Source: a virus (Duplodnaviria; Caudoviricetes). From it: DNA of 64,000 nucleotides. The DNA lies in IMG/VR virus record IMGVR_UViG_3300029288_000106, positions 41,264 through 105,263 of that record; one strand, 5' to 3'. The notes under the pieces are model-generated. The model saw nothing but the letters and a program-made list of their open reading frames with translations. It did no database searches and was not told the DNA's origin. This document shows positions 1 to 9,995 of this stretch, in pieces; position 1 is the first letter of the stretch, and each line of letters opens with the position of its first letter. The position numbers were made by a program, and so were the translations under genes.

Positions 1-174
1 CATAAAATGACAGATCAAGCTCTCACAATCGCTCTTGCTATAGCAAATGGAGATAGAAACAAAGCTGCAGTAAAACTTGGTGTTTCACGAAGAACAGTAA
101 ATAGAATGATTGAAAAAAGATATAAAGAGGAGCAGAGACTTGTGCAAAAAGAAAAAATATCTCAAGCCCGTTAA
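1..174 (+). CDS. Fis-type helix-turn-helix protein (probably 5'-truncated; not in ORF track)
   Basis: Frame 1 reads ...ALAIANGDRNKAAVKLGVSRRTVNRMI..., matching the Fis HTH pattern (GN..AA..LG.SR.TL). Stop TAA at 172-174. Confidence 0.7.
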   Translation, partial: HKMTDQALTIALAIANGDRNKAAVKLGVSRRTVNRMIEKRYKEEQRLVQKEKISQAR

Positions 175-319
175 AGCAGGAATTTTTCCTAAAGAAATGA
201 TAGAAATACAAAAAGAATTACATACAGAAATAGCCAAGCATTTTTCACTTCCTTTTAGTATTTTTATTTCAGATGAATCAATAAGGACTGCGTTGGAACT
301 AAAAGGAAGACGTGCTTGA
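110..319 (+). CDS. hypothetical protein
   Basis: ORF track; GAGGAG upstream of a possible TTG start near 140. Confidence 0.4.
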   Translation: MKKDIKRSRDLCKKKKYLKPVKAGIFPKEMIEIQKELHTEIAKHFSLPFSIFISDESIRTALELKGRRA

Positions 320-327
320 ATACAAAT

Positions 328-372
328 GTATTAACCTATATGAAATCATTTAAGCACACGCGTGCTCCTAAG
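328..372 (+). repeat. degenerate copy of the intergenic GAGCACGCGTGCTC palindrome element
   Basis: GTATTAACCtataTGAaATCATTtAagcaCACGCGTGCTCCTAAG aligns to the consensus GTATTAACCAGTAGAAGATCATTAAGGAGCACGCGTGCTCYTAAG. Confidence 0.7.
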
Positions 373-426
373 TTTTTACTATGTATAATAATTAGTGATA
401 ATCATTGTTAATTAGGATTTTTTGAA

Positions 427-747
427 ATGAATATTCAAGAGATAATAAATAGCTTTAACTGGCTAGTTGAAGATTGTAAACATAGATTTGATGAAACTGA
501 AATAACTCCTGAAAACTATAGCAAAGAATTAAAAGCTGCTATAGAAATTAAAAATAATCTCTTACTTAATCAAGACAAATTCGTATTAGTAGATCAAGAG
601 TTTATACAAGCAGTTGCTACAATTGTTGAAAACAAAGAAATGCTTGATGAATTAACAAAAATTAAAAATTTTATGGAAAGCAACAAATTTGTTGATATGC
701 TCAATAGTGGAAGCAAATCGTTAAATAAGCCTACTTCTCATGAATAA
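427..747 (+). CDS. hypothetical protein
   Basis: ORF track; overlaps the helicase start. Confidence 0.6.
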   Translation: MNIQEIINSFNWLVEDCKHRFDETEITPENYSKELKAAIEIKNNLLLNQDKFVLVDQEFIQAVATIVENKEMLDELTKIKNFMESNKFVDMLNSGSKSLNKPTSHE

Positions 748-2107
748 TGATACTGTAAGTCAGCATCTACAAGATTGTTTTGTACTACTAGCAATTACTG
801 ATAATCATTTTCTTTCAATAGCTAGAAAAAGTGTTAAACCCAGCTACTTCTCTACCATTGTTACAGAAGACATAATTCAAATATGCTATAGATATCATGA
901 TCAATTCAAGACAGCACCAAACGATCATTTTCACGATGAATTAGTTCGATTTTTAGAAGGCAAAGCTCATAATGAACGAAAAAGATATGTAGACTATCTT
1001 GATGAGATTGTTAAACTTAATCTTCCAAGCAAAGAATATATTATATCTAGATTCAATACATTTATTAAAAGTCGAGAATTTACAGAGGCAGCTTTAAATT
1101 TTGTTGATCTAGTTGAAAAAGGAGAATTTGAACAAGGCCGAATGTTAATAACAAAAGCACTTAGAGCTGGTATGGGTAATACAGAAAAAATCCTTCGATA
1201 CTTATCTTCTTCAACCCCTACTTATTACAATCCAGATCATTATGAAGAACTTTTCACTGCTGGTTTTGGAGATATTGATAGATTTATAAAATTTCGACGA
1301 AAACAACTTATTTGTATTCTGGGTGGAGGAAAAGGAAAAAAGAGTTGGATATGTCATCATATATCTGTAAGAGGATTGTTGGCTGGGTTAAAAGTTTTAT
1401 ACATATCTCATGAATTATCTCAAGAAGAAGTAGAAATGAGACATGATATGATGATAGGAGGATTAACATCTTCTCCAGCTTCAGAAGAAGTAGAATTTAA
1501 TGTTTATGATAGATCTGGAGAAATTGTTAGAACAGAAATCAAAACAGTTGATTCAGTGTTTAATAGAAAAAAAATTGAAGATGCTCGGGGCATAGCTAGA
1601 AAATTTGGTGGTGAATTGATAATCAAAAAATATCCAATGGGTACGTGCACAATAGGAGAAATAGATAGACTTCTTGATCATCTGGAAGTGTTTGAAAAAT
1701 TCATACCTGATATAATTATTAATGATTATCCAGATATTATGAATATGCCTCATCCGTCAAGCACAACAAGAGATAGATTAAATGAAACATATATTGAACA
1801 CAAGAGAATAGCTGATGAAAGAAATGTTATAGTATTTGTACCATCTCAGACAAATAGAATAGCTCTTGATCGGCCGAGATTAACAAAACAAGACATTGCT
1901 GAAGATATTCGAAAATTAGCAAATGTAGATATGATTCTTGCAGTTGCCCAAAGCAGTGATTTAAAAGCAGAAGGTAAGATGCGAGCAATGATAATAGCAG
2001 CTAGAAGTTCAGATGATGGAAAAAGCTGTTTATTTAGTCAAAACCTGAAAGCAGGATTAGTGGTAGGCGAAAATTGGCTTGAAGGATATGAAAAGACACA
2101 GCATTGA
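740..2107 (+). CDS. DnaB/T4 gp41-like replicative helicase
   Basis: P-loop-like LGGGKGKKSW, VLYISHELS, IIINDYPD, SQTNR, DIAED..K motifs; near the primase gene. Confidence 0.85.
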   Translation: MNNDTVSQHLQDCFVLLAITDNHFLSIARKSVKPSYFSTIVTEDIIQICYRYHDQFKTAPNDHFHDELVRFLEGKAHNERKRYVDYLDEIVKLNLPSKEYIISRFNTFIKSREFTEAALNFVDLVEKGEFEQGRMLITKALRAGMGNTEKILRYLSSSTPTYYNPDHYEELFTAGFGDIDRFIKFRRKQLICILGGGKGKKSWICHHISVRGLLAGLKVLYISHELSQEEVEMRHDMMIGGLTSSPASEEVEFNVYDRSGEIVRTEIKTVDSVFNRKKIEDARGIARKFGGELIIKKYPMGTCTIGEIDRLLDHLEVFEKFIPDIIINDYPDIMNMPHPSSTTRDRLNETYIEHKRIADERNVIVFVPSQTNRIALDRPRLTKQDIAEDIRKLANVDMILAVAQSSDLKAEGKMRAMIIAARSSDDGKSCLFSQNLKAGLVVGENWLEGYEKTQH

Positions 2108-3521
2108 TTACAAATCATTAACACTAGATGACTTGAGAGAAATATTTCAGGGGGTTAACTTTCATGTCGAACCTTATTGGCATCAGTTTGTTACACTAGC
2201 TCATACAATAGGACAAAACCTGAATAGAATAGGATGCTTTCATCCAATAGGTTCAGGTAAGACATTAACAGGATTATGGATTAGTCAGTTATGGAAAGCT
2301 CAACGGATATTAGTTGTTTGTCCTAGATCTGCATATAGAGCTTGGCACAGAGATGTTAAACATACAAATTATAGTATCACTGAAATAGAAGGTGAAGCAG
2401 ATGAAAGAAGAGCTAAAGTTAAAGAAGATAAAAATATATTTCTCATCAGATACGAAGGATTAAGAGTATTATATGGAATTAAAAACCCAGAAGGTGGATA
2501 TAGAATAGGCCGAAACGCATTTAGAGATCTTCCAGGATTTGATACCATAATATTTGACGAAGGACATAGATTCAGAAATTACAAAGCTTTACAATCTAAA
2601 ATAGCACTTAGATTATCTGCTCAAAGCAAAAATGTTATTGTAACTACAGGAACTCCGATCGATAGACTACTTCAAGAAATCTGGAATGTAATGCGAGTTG
2701 TTGATCTTGGAGATTGTTTAGGAAGTAATCCGCTATTTTTTAGAGATAGATATTTTTTTCAAGCTGGTTATGAGTGGATACCAAGAAAACGAGCCGAAGA
2801 ACAAATACTAGATAAAATTTCTCCTGTCGTCACCACATTTAAAAGGGAAGAATGTTTTGATGTACCACAAGAAACATCTTTAGTTCGGCCTATACCACCA
2901 TCTAAAAAACAAATAGAATTATTGAATGTAATAACAGATAGTCTAAAAAATGAAGTAGATAAACCAGGAGATATACTGGTAAAAACAATAAAATTAAGAC
3001 AAGTTGCTGGAGGATTTCTTCCAGAATTTGGAATAATTAAAGACAATCCAAAGCTTGTAGTCCTCGAAGAACTTGTAGGAGAAATAAAAGGAAAGATTGT
3101 CGTTTTTCATCAATTTACAGAAGAAGGACATATTCTTGAAGATTGGGCAAGAAGTAAAAATTTAGGTTTTGCTTCTGTTAGAGGAGAGATTAAAGATAAA
3201 ACTAGAGATACTGAAATTGAAAAGTTTGTAAGTGATAAAAAAGTTGTATTTCTTTTTGCCAACACAGCTTGTGCAGGAGAATCACTTGATCTAACAGTTT
3301 CTAACACAATTGTATTTTATTCTAACGGATATTCGTTACTTCAGCGCAAACAGGCTGAAGGAAGAATATGCAGAAGAGGCCAAACAAAACCGTGTACATA
3401 TATTGATCTTGTGATTGAAGGAAGTATTGATGAAATAATAATATCTAGAATTGAAGATAAAAAAGAATTAACTAATCGTATTTTAGAATATATTAGAACG
3501 TATGGCCAGAGAAATAACTAA
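2088..3521 (+). CDS. SNF2-family (SF2) helicase
   Basis: GSGKT, IFDEGH, TGTP and QAEGRICRRGQ motifs; ATG at 2088 after GAAGGA. Confidence 0.9.
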   Translation: MKRHSIDYKSLTLDDLREIFQGVNFHVEPYWHQFVTLAHTIGQNLNRIGCFHPIGSGKTLTGLWISQLWKAQRILVVCPRSAYRAWHRDVKHTNYSITEIEGEADERRAKVKEDKNIFLIRYEGLRVLYGIKNPEGGYRIGRNAFRDLPGFDTIIFDEGHRFRNYKALQSKIALRLSAQSKNVIVTTGTPIDRLLQEIWNVMRVVDLGDCLGSNPLFFRDRYFFQAGYEWIPRKRAEEQILDKISPVVTTFKREECFDVPQETSLVRPIPPSKKQIELLNVITDSLKNEVDKPGDILVKTIKLRQVAGGFLPEFGIIKDNPKLVVLEELVGEIKGKIVVFHQFTEEGHILEDWARSKNLGFASVRGEIKDKTRDTEIEKFVSDKKVVFLFANTACAGESLDLTVSNTIVFYSNGYSLLQRKQAEGRICRRGQTKPCTYIDLVIEGSIDEIIISRIEDKKELTNRILEYIRTYGQRNN

Positions 3522-4434
3522 CAAAAAAATTATTCAAATACTTGAAAGTCTTGATATTGAATACTGGACAGCTGGGAATAATGTATCGCTTGATTCTGTA
3601 AATATTCAGTGTATATTCTGTGATGATCATTCTAACCACCTTGGTATATTCTTTCCTTCTGGTATATTTCACTGTTGGAGATGTAACAAGAAAGGGTATT
3701 TTGAGATTATAATTCAAAAAATTAAACAATGCACATATGAAGAAGCAGAAAAATTAATAACAGAAGGACAATCGTTTAAAAAATCAGCAATAGAACAAAT
3801 AAAAGAGAAAATGCAACCAAAATTAAATACCACAGAAAATAAAAAGTTTGAAATAAAAGGAATAGCACTTCCCAAAGAAGCAAAACCAGTTGGATTTTTT
3901 AAAGGCGAAGCACTGCTCGAAAACTTTCTTCGAAGAAGAAAACTTACATTAGAAACATGCACAAAATATAATTGTTATGTATGTGAAGGAGGAGAATATT
4001 GTAGTCGAATGATAATACCAGTTTTCTTTCAAGGCATAATGGTTAGCTTCCAAGCAGCTGATATGACCAAAACATCAGCAACTAAATACAAATCACTTGG
4101 AAATGTTGATTTGAATAGCTTTCTCTATAACTATGATAATATTACAGACAGAATTATAATTACTGAAGGTGTATTTGACTGCTGGCGAGTTGGAAAAGAT
4201 GCAGTTGCAACGTTTGGAACACATATAACTGAGAGACAGCTTGATCTTATTGAACAGAAAAAACCAAAAGAGATTATACTTGCTTGGGACAACGACGCTT
4301 ATGTGAAAGCATTAAAACAGGCAAGAAAACTACCTCGATGCAGTAAAATACGAGTATTGAGATTGCCTCGAGGAGAAGACCCAGATAGTTTAGGAAGTGA
4401 AGCAATGTGGAGACTTATTGATGCAGCTAACTAA
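3502..4434 (+). CDS. DNA primase (Zn finger + TOPRIM)
   Basis: CIFC..H..CWRC zinc finger; ITEGVFD, WDND and DP motifs of TOPRIM. Confidence 0.9.
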   Translation: MAREITNKKIIQILESLDIEYWTAGNNVSLDSVNIQCIFCDDHSNHLGIFFPSGIFHCWRCNKKGYFEIIIQKIKQCTYEEAEKLITEGQSFKKSAIEQIKEKMQPKLNTTENKKFEIKGIALPKEAKPVGFFKGEALLENFLRRRKLTLETCTKYNCYVCEGGEYCSRMIIPVFFQGIMVSFQAADMTKTSATKYKSLGNVDLNSFLYNYDNITDRIIITEGVFDCWRVGKDAVATFGTHITERQLDLIEQKKPKEIILAWDNDAYVKALKQARKLPRCSKIRVLRLPRGEDPDSLGSEAMWRLIDAAN

Positions 4435-4930
4435 TGCAACTAAAATAAGAATTGGTATAGTTTTTGAAGGAAGAACAAAAGAAACAGCAGAAGGATTAGC
4501 TGCCACACAAGAACTTCTTGACTATCTTAAGCTAAAATATGATATATTAGGCCTCAAAAAAGAAGTAAAAGATACTTTAAACGGAATTCAAATCATAACT
4601 AAATCTTGGCTTGAAAAAGGAGAATATCAAAACACTATTCAAAAAATACTTAAAGCACTTCAACCATATATTAACTTCGTATACACAGATATTTTGCAAG
4701 AAAAATACACAACCAAAACAAATAAAATTGCTAGAGATTTTATTGTTTATATACTTATATTCAAATTTGGATATTCAAGAACTGAAGTTGGAAGTATTTT
4801 TAATAAATCAGAAGTTTTAATTCGTCGTATATTACGTAGATTTGATACAACCGACACAGGATTATGCAAAGATGTAGAATTAAAAGATATATATAATTTT
4901 GTGAATACTAGATATAAAAATGAATGCTGA
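4421..4930 (+). CDS. hypothetical protein with C-terminal HTH
   Basis: GYSRTEVGSIFNKSEVLIRRIL resembles an HTH; ATG at 4421. Confidence 0.5.
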   Translation: MQLTNATKIRIGIVFEGRTKETAEGLAATQELLDYLKLKYDILGLKKEVKDTLNGIQIITKSWLEKGEYQNTIQKILKALQPYINFVYTDILQEKYTTKTNKIARDFIVYILIFKFGYSRTEVGSIFNKSEVLIRRILRRFDTTDTGLCKDVELKDIYNFVNTRYKNEC

Positions 4931-5714
4931 AATAATTCAAAGTCTATTAACTGCCAGATCTGATAATGATATATACATCGCTGAATGTTGTGTCAATGAA
5001 TGTCGATTAGACGGCTGGGCTATACGAAAGTCTTATTCTAATCCACTCACAATAGGTTATGAAATCAAAATAAGTAAATCAGATTTTTTGACAGATAAAA
5101 AATGGACTGGCTATTTGTCATATTGTAATGAATTGTACTTTGTTTGTCCGTCTCATCTTATACAGCCAAATGAAGTGGGAGAACAAGTAGGATTGATGTG
5201 GGTAGCATCAACTGGAACAAGAATTTATACAAAGAAAAAAGCTACCTACAGAATTGTAGAAGATAAGTATATTAATCAAATTTTGAGATCAGTACTTTTT
5301 AATAGATGTGTAGTTAGAGAAAATTATTGGGGTAATGCACAGCCAGACAAATCAACGTTTTGGAAAAGATGGTTGCAGAAAAAAGACGAAGATAAAGAAT
5401 TAGGCTGGAATGTTAGTGAAAAAGTAAGACAATTAGTTGAAGAGCGTGTTGATAAAGTGAAAAGGGAAAATAGTAGCTTAAGAAGAAAAATTGAAGAATT
5501 TAAACGCCTTGAAGAATTACTAATAAAACTTAATTTTAATCCTGAATATTTTGATTTGAATGAAGTTCAAAATCGTATTAAAGGAGCAATACCCAAAGAT
5601 TTACTTTGGACAATTGATCAAGTTATAGATAGACTTGATCGAACAAAGAAAAAACTATTACTTTTAGAAAGGACAAAAGCAGATGGACAAAACACAGATG
5701 ACCCAAGGAATTGA
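4920..5714 (+). CDS. MmcB-like PD-(D/E)XK nuclease-family protein
   Basis: RLD..A, GYEIKISKSDFLTDKKW..YLSYCNELYFVCP signature. Confidence 0.75.
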   Translation: MNAEIIQSLLTARSDNDIYIAECCVNECRLDGWAIRKSYSNPLTIGYEIKISKSDFLTDKKWTGYLSYCNELYFVCPSHLIQPNEVGEQVGLMWVASTGTRIYTKKKATYRIVEDKYINQILRSVLFNRCVVRENYWGNAQPDKSTFWKRWLQKKDEDKELGWNVSEKVRQLVEERVDKVKRENSSLRRKIEEFKRLEELLIKLNFNPEYFDLNEVQNRIKGAIPKDLLWTIDQVIDRLDRTKKKLLLLERTKADGQNTDDPRN

Positions 5715-6234
5715 GATGTTTCTTAAAGGCGCAGGAATTGATTTAACAAATGAACATTTCCAGAAAACTCCAGCTAGAGTTACTAAAGCTTTTGCTGAGA
5801 CATTTTTATCTGGATACGAAATGAATATTCAATCAATCCTCGAAACAACATTTACTGAAAATAAATATGATCAGATGGTAGTAATAAGTAATATACCATT
5901 CTGTAGTATGTGTGCACACCATTTGCTTCCTTTCTATGGTCATGCGAAGATCGGATATTTACCAGATGGTAAAGTCTGTGGCTTATCAAAATTAGCTAGA
6001 GCATTAGAAGTACACTCGCGAAGATTACAAATTCAAGAAAAGCTTACCCAAGATCTTGCTGAAGATCTAATGAAGTATCTCAAACCTAAAGGCGTTGGAA
6101 TTATTTTAGAAGCTGTTCATTTGTGCATGACAGAGCGAGGAGTGATGAAATCAGGAAGTTTAACAAAAACATCTTGTTTACTTGGTGCATTTAGAGACGA
6201 TGCATCAACACGACAAGAATTCTTGTCTTTCTAA
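5683..6234 (+). CDS. folE: GTP cyclohydrolase I
   Basis: TPARV, SMCAHHLLPF, GLSKLAR, RRLQIQE, HLCMTERGV motifs. Confidence 0.95.
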   Translation: MDKTQMTQGIEMFLKGAGIDLTNEHFQKTPARVTKAFAETFLSGYEMNIQSILETTFTENKYDQMVVISNIPFCSMCAHHLLPFYGHAKIGYLPDGKVCGLSKLARALEVHSRRLQIQEKLTQDLAEDLMKYLKPKGVGIILEAVHLCMTERGVMKSGSLTKTSCLLGAFRDDASTRQEFLSF

Positions 6235-6270
6235 AAAATATTCATAAAATAAATAAAATTCTATACTTAT

Positions 6271-6302
6271 TTTCTTGATTTTTATAAAATATATACTATA
6301 AT
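6271..6302 (+). promoter_or_regulatory. sigma70-type early promoter, copy 1
   Basis: TTGATT(6275)-16 bp-TATAAT(6297); near-identical to copies at 8181 and 11629. Confidence 0.7.
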
Positions 6303-6308
6303 ATAAGT

Positions 6309-7001
6309 ATGAATAAAAATAATAATTTTAGGGACAATAAAATGACAGAAGAAAATATACAACCAACTCAAAGATTTAAACTAGGAGATAAAGTTGTTGT
6401 TGCTGCAAGTGGAACAGGTTGGAGAAAATGGACAAAAGGCGAGGTTACAGGTCTAACTCAATCTAATGATTCTCCTCCAGTACAAATAGAATGTATAATT
6501 AAAGATATCAAAGGTAGGTATAAAAGGTTTTATCCTCATCAACTTGAACACGATCGTACTCCAGGCTTGAATGAAAAACAAGCACCAAAAAACGATCTCA
6601 AATCTTACTTTGATATTATTGAAAAACAAGGCAAAGAAAAGCAAGAAGAATACAACGTGCTTCGACAGCAGTATCAAGAATTAGAAAAAACGGCACCTGC
6701 TTTCATACTATCATCTGATGTTGATGATACTTGTAAACTGAAAGGTTTCAGAGTTAAGGGTGGTGTACATGTTATTCCACTAGTTAAGGCTAGTAATAGA
6801 CTAAACATGACCCAAATAACATCATATTCTGATGAATTTATTGAAAAGTTACACAGCTTAATTCATACAGAAGATGAACGACTTCGCAATGCATGGGAAG
6901 TATTAACAGAAGCAATACATAATAAAGAATTACCAACAAGAGATGCAACGATGACCAGAGCTTTACAAGATATAGGAGTTTATCTTGGAATTGTAAAATG
7001 A
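6309..7001 (+). CDS. hypothetical protein
   Basis: ORF track; alternative start at 6342 after AGGGA. Confidence 0.7.
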   Translation: MNKNNNFRDNKMTEENIQPTQRFKLGDKVVVAASGTGWRKWTKGEVTGLTQSNDSPPVQIECIIKDIKGRYKRFYPHQLEHDRTPGLNEKQAPKNDLKSYFDIIEKQGKEKQEEYNVLRQQYQELEKTAPAFILSSDVDDTCKLKGFRVKGGVHVIPLVKASNRLNMTQITSYSDEFIEKLHSLIHTEDERLRNAWEVLTEAIHNKELPTRDATMTRALQDIGVYLGIVK

Positions 7002-7180
7002 TTATTGAAGACTTTATGAAAAAAAGTGAAAATATTAGACTCTCTAGTATCAATCGATGGATGGTTTTTGATAGTAACTGCTGGATTGTATATGAGCACA
7101 AGCACAATGCAAAGCAAACCCAAATCCTTATTAAAACTCCTAATCTTGATGAAGCATTAACTATTTTAATAGTAGAATAA
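6998..7180 (+). CDS. hypothetical protein
   Basis: ATGA overlap with the upstream stop. Confidence 0.55.
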   Translation: MIIEDFMKKSENIRLSSINRWMVFDSNCWIVYEHKHNAKQTQILIKTPNLDEALTILIVE

Positions 7181-7235
7181 AATAGGCTAATTTACTTGAT
7201 AGATTATTTTCTTAATTAAATAAGGAGAACTAAAC

Positions 7236-7439
7236 ATGATAACCACGATTATAGCAATAACTTATAGTATAGGTTATATAATAACAGCAATCATATATAG
7301 ACGAACACTAGAAGAAGATCAAGCACAAAGAATAGAAGAAATGCTTATGGTATTTGTTGTAAGTCTTATGTGGCCAATAACACTTCTTGTTTTTATAACA
7401 AACCAAATTTCAAAATTAGGTATGAAAACAAAACAATAA
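7236..7439 (+). CDS. small two-TM membrane protein
   Basis: TAAGGAG RBS; two hydrophobic stretches, WPI motif. Confidence 0.65.
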   Translation: MITTIIAITYSIGYIITAIIYRRTLEEDQAQRIEEMLMVFVVSLMWPITLLVFITNQISKLGMKTKQ

Positions 7440-7459
7440 ACTTTTTGAAAGGAAAAGAA

Positions 7460-7951
7460 ATGTACAGAACAACTCTAAAACTTCTTAGTGTCGTTGCTTT
7501 AGCTCTTGTAATTGCAGTATTAGCTCAACACATCAACAGCAATCAAATATTAATGCAAACTGAAATACAAAATCCTCAAATCAATACTGTCTATCCTGAA
7601 TGGATAGTTGTCAAAAATGCTGTTGTTACAGCATACTGTCCATGCAGTAAATGCTGTGAAAAATATGCAGATGGTATAACAGCTAGTGGTCATAAAATTA
7701 AATATAATGACAAGCTTGTAGCTGCTAATTCTAGCTATGAATTTGGAACTCAAATTTACATACCAGGATATAGTTCAAAAGCTGTGGAAGTTCAAGACAG
7801 AGGTGGAGCTTTTGAAGAGCATACTGATCGATTTGATGTATTATTTTATGAAAAATCTCGAGATTCTAAATTAACAGATTTAGAATGGTCGCATCAGAAA
7901 GCTTTGCAATGGGGTCGAGTAACTTGTGATGTTTTTGTGAAAAATAAATAA
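7460..7951 (+). CDS. 3D-domain (MltA-like) putative peptidoglycan-active protein with N-terminal membrane anchor
   Basis: VTAYCPC..CC...DGITASG, VAAN...FGT..YIPGY, DRGG, RFDVLF, ALQWG; ATG at 7460 after AAAGGA. Confidence 0.85.
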   Translation: MYRTTLKLLSVVALALVIAVLAQHINSNQILMQTEIQNPQINTVYPEWIVVKNAVVTAYCPCSKCCEKYADGITASGHKIKYNDKLVAANSSYEFGTQIYIPGYSSKAVEVQDRGGAFEEHTDRFDVLFYEKSRDSKLTDLEWSHQKALQWGRVTCDVFVKNK

Positions 7952-7952
7952 A

Positions 7953-8165
7953 ATGCTAAATTATATAACCAGAAAATTACTTAATCGATGCACTATACAA
8001 CAAAAAAATAAGCAAAATACTAATAACTGTATTAAAATATTAGAACAAATAAAACCAACCCACTTTATTATATATTATTTTATTAAGAAAACGCGAATTG
8101 GAAAATGGCTTGAAAAAAGATGGACAAAAAATATACATAAACAAATAGCTTGCAATATAAGATAA
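7953..8165 (+). CDS. hypothetical protein
   Basis: ORF track only. Confidence 0.35.
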   Translation: MLNYITRKLLNRCTIQQKNKQNTNNCIKILEQIKPTHFIIYYFIKKTRIGKWLEKRWTKNIHKQIACNIR

Positions 8166-8180
8166 AATATTTTTAAGAAT

Positions 8181-8212
8181 TTTCTTGATTTTTATAAAAT
8201 ATATATTATAAT
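8181..8212 (+). promoter_or_regulatory. sigma70-type early promoter, copy 2
   Basis: TTGATT(8185)-16 bp-TATAAT(8207). Confidence 0.7.
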
Positions 8213-8259
8213 ATAGTTATAATCAAAAGTTAATAACAACTATATAAAGGGAAATAAAA

Positions 8260-8700
8260 ATGGAAGCTGTGAAAACGTATCTAGAAAAAAGAATTTCACT
8301 TATAGAAAGTCAAATGTGTGAAGTGAAAGAAAAGATCAATACAAATTCGTATCATTATATTTTATTCTGGAATGTAATTGAAGACGCTGCAGCACTTGAA
8401 TATGAATTAGCTTTTCTCAATAGTTGGCTTGATTATATTAAGAATAAAAAAATCATGCTTAACCTATTAACTACAGGTATTACACAGAGAATAGATGATA
8501 TTGAACGTAATCTGCTTGGAAATTGTTTCGGAACTACCTTGGGTCCAGGAGAAGGGCCTTGGAAATCAAATTCAACAAGTCCAGGATCAAATAGATGGAA
8601 TATAATTCAATGTGATTGCCAAAGACAAGAAAGATTCATACTGAAAAAAATGCTTGTAATTATTGAAGAAAACCAGGAGCCAAAATGTCAAACTGTATAA
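8260..8700 (+). CDS. hypothetical protein
   Basis: AAAGGG RBS; ORF track. Confidence 0.65.
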   Translation: MEAVKTYLEKRISLIESQMCEVKEKINTNSYHYILFWNVIEDAAALEYELAFLNSWLDYIKNKKIMLNLLTTGITQRIDDIERNLLGNCFGTTLGPGEGPWKSNSTSPGSNRWNIIQCDCQRQERFILKKMLVIIEENQEPKCQTV

Positions 8701-9074
8701 TATTTGATAATCCAATAATACAAATACCAGTAATAGCAGTTAATCTACATAAAGTTAAAGAAATACTGGCACTCGGAGATGTTACATATAAAACATCTCC
8801 TAAACAGAATGAAATTGGCACAATTGCTTATCTTGCATGGTGGTTTTTTAATTCCTCAAATGTTGATCTTGCTGTTGATAGTGTAGAAATTACGCTTGGA
8901 ATAGCCAGATCAAGCCACACTTGGCGAGATTTCAAAGGTTTGTTAGAATGTATTATTAAACCATTTATGATCAGATCATATGTTGTTACACTTGAAATTC
9001 GAGATGAATGCGATGATTTTGAACAAGTATCAAAATTAACTATTGACTTACAAAGCCCAGAGAAAAGCTTATGA
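8685..9074 (+). CDS. hypothetical protein
   Basis: AGGAG RBS; ORF track. Confidence 0.65.
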   Translation: MSNCIIFDNPIIQIPVIAVNLHKVKEILALGDVTYKTSPKQNEIGTIAYLAWWFFNSSNVDLAVDSVEITLGIARSSHTWRDFKGLLECIIKPFMIRSYVVTLEIRDECDDFEQVSKLTIDLQSPEKSL

Positions 9075-9159
9075 AAAAAATAAAATTCAAATCGTTTTCA
9101 TTGAAACCAACAAAAACCAGAAAGACAACAGTATTAAAAGTTGAATACGAAGAAATAGA

Positions 9160-9582
9160 ATGATACAAGAATATTCAAAAATTGGATTTTCTGGAACACA
9201 AGATGGAATGACATTAGAACAACGAAGCAAGTTTGTGTATTTGCTTAGTGAACTTTTTCCAGACGAATTACATTATGGTGATTGTATTGGGGCTGATAAT
9301 GAAGCTGATGATGCTGCAATGACCAGAAAAATGAAAATTGTTGTTCATCCTCCAATCAATCCAAAGAAACAAGCTTTTTGTAATTTAAAGCTTTATTCAA
9401 ATAGAATCGTCTTATCACCAAGAGATTATATTGATCGAAATCATGATATAGTTGATCAAACAGAATGCTTAGTAGCTACTCCTAAAAACAATATACAGCT
9501 TAGATCAGGAACTTGGTCTACAATTAATTATGCTAGAAAACAAAATAAAGATGTATTTGTTGTATGGCCCAATGAAAAATAA
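9160..9582 (+). CDS. SLOG-superfamily (YspA/DprA-like) nucleotide-binding protein
   Basis: IGFSGT, HYGDCIGAD, RNHDIVD, SGTWSTINYARK motifs. Confidence 0.75.
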   Translation: MIQEYSKIGFSGTQDGMTLEQRSKFVYLLSELFPDELHYGDCIGADNEADDAAMTRKMKIVVHPPINPKKQAFCNLKLYSNRIVLSPRDYIDRNHDIVDQTECLVATPKNNIQLRSGTWSTINYARKQNKDVFVVWPNEK

Positions 9583-9619
9583 CCTTGAATAGTGAAAGCT
9601 GGCACAAGGAGTACAGATA

Positions 9620-9865
9620 ATGGGAAATGGCTTATATGGACAAAATCAAGGTAATGAAAAAAGATCTTCATCTGAAGTTATAGTAGATAGGTTTGAAGAA
9701 AATCAACAAATTGAAGGAGAACATGTTGAAAAATTAAAACAGCTAATCAGTACACACAAATGGTCAGAAGTTGAAAAATATATACAGGAATTAAAAGACT
9801 TGCATTTTTCACAAGATAGAATCCAAAGTATCACAACACAAGCACAGGCATTAGCAAAGATATAG
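9620..9865 (+). CDS. hypothetical protein
   Basis: AAGGAG RBS. Confidence 0.6.
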   Translation: MGNGLYGQNQGNEKRSSSEVIVDRFEENQQIEGEHVEKLKQLISTHKWSEVEKYIQELKDLHFSQDRIQSITTQAQALAKI

Positions 9866-9889
9866 AAAGGCAAATTATGAAAAAATAAC

Positions 9890-9972
9890 CGAGTGTGATA
9901 GTCACATCAAAGTTCAATCACTTTCCTTCGCCAAGCAATAGTATTGAACACTCTTACAAGCTATCACACTCG
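9890..9972. other. long intergenic inverted repeat / structured RNA candidate
   Basis: CGAGTGTGATAG (9890) and CTATCACACTCG (ends 9972) form a perfect 12-bp IR, with an inner GTTCAAT/ATTGAAC stem. Confidence 0.6.
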
Positions 9973-9995
9973 ACCTTTTAAAAATAGAGACTTTT

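Noticed and set aside
6271-6311. Archaeal TATA-box promoter (TTTATAAA about 28 nt before ATG)
   Set aside because: No purine-rich BRE upstream. A -35/-10 pair, a sigma-like gene and a 3D peptidoglycan-related protein favour a bacterial host.
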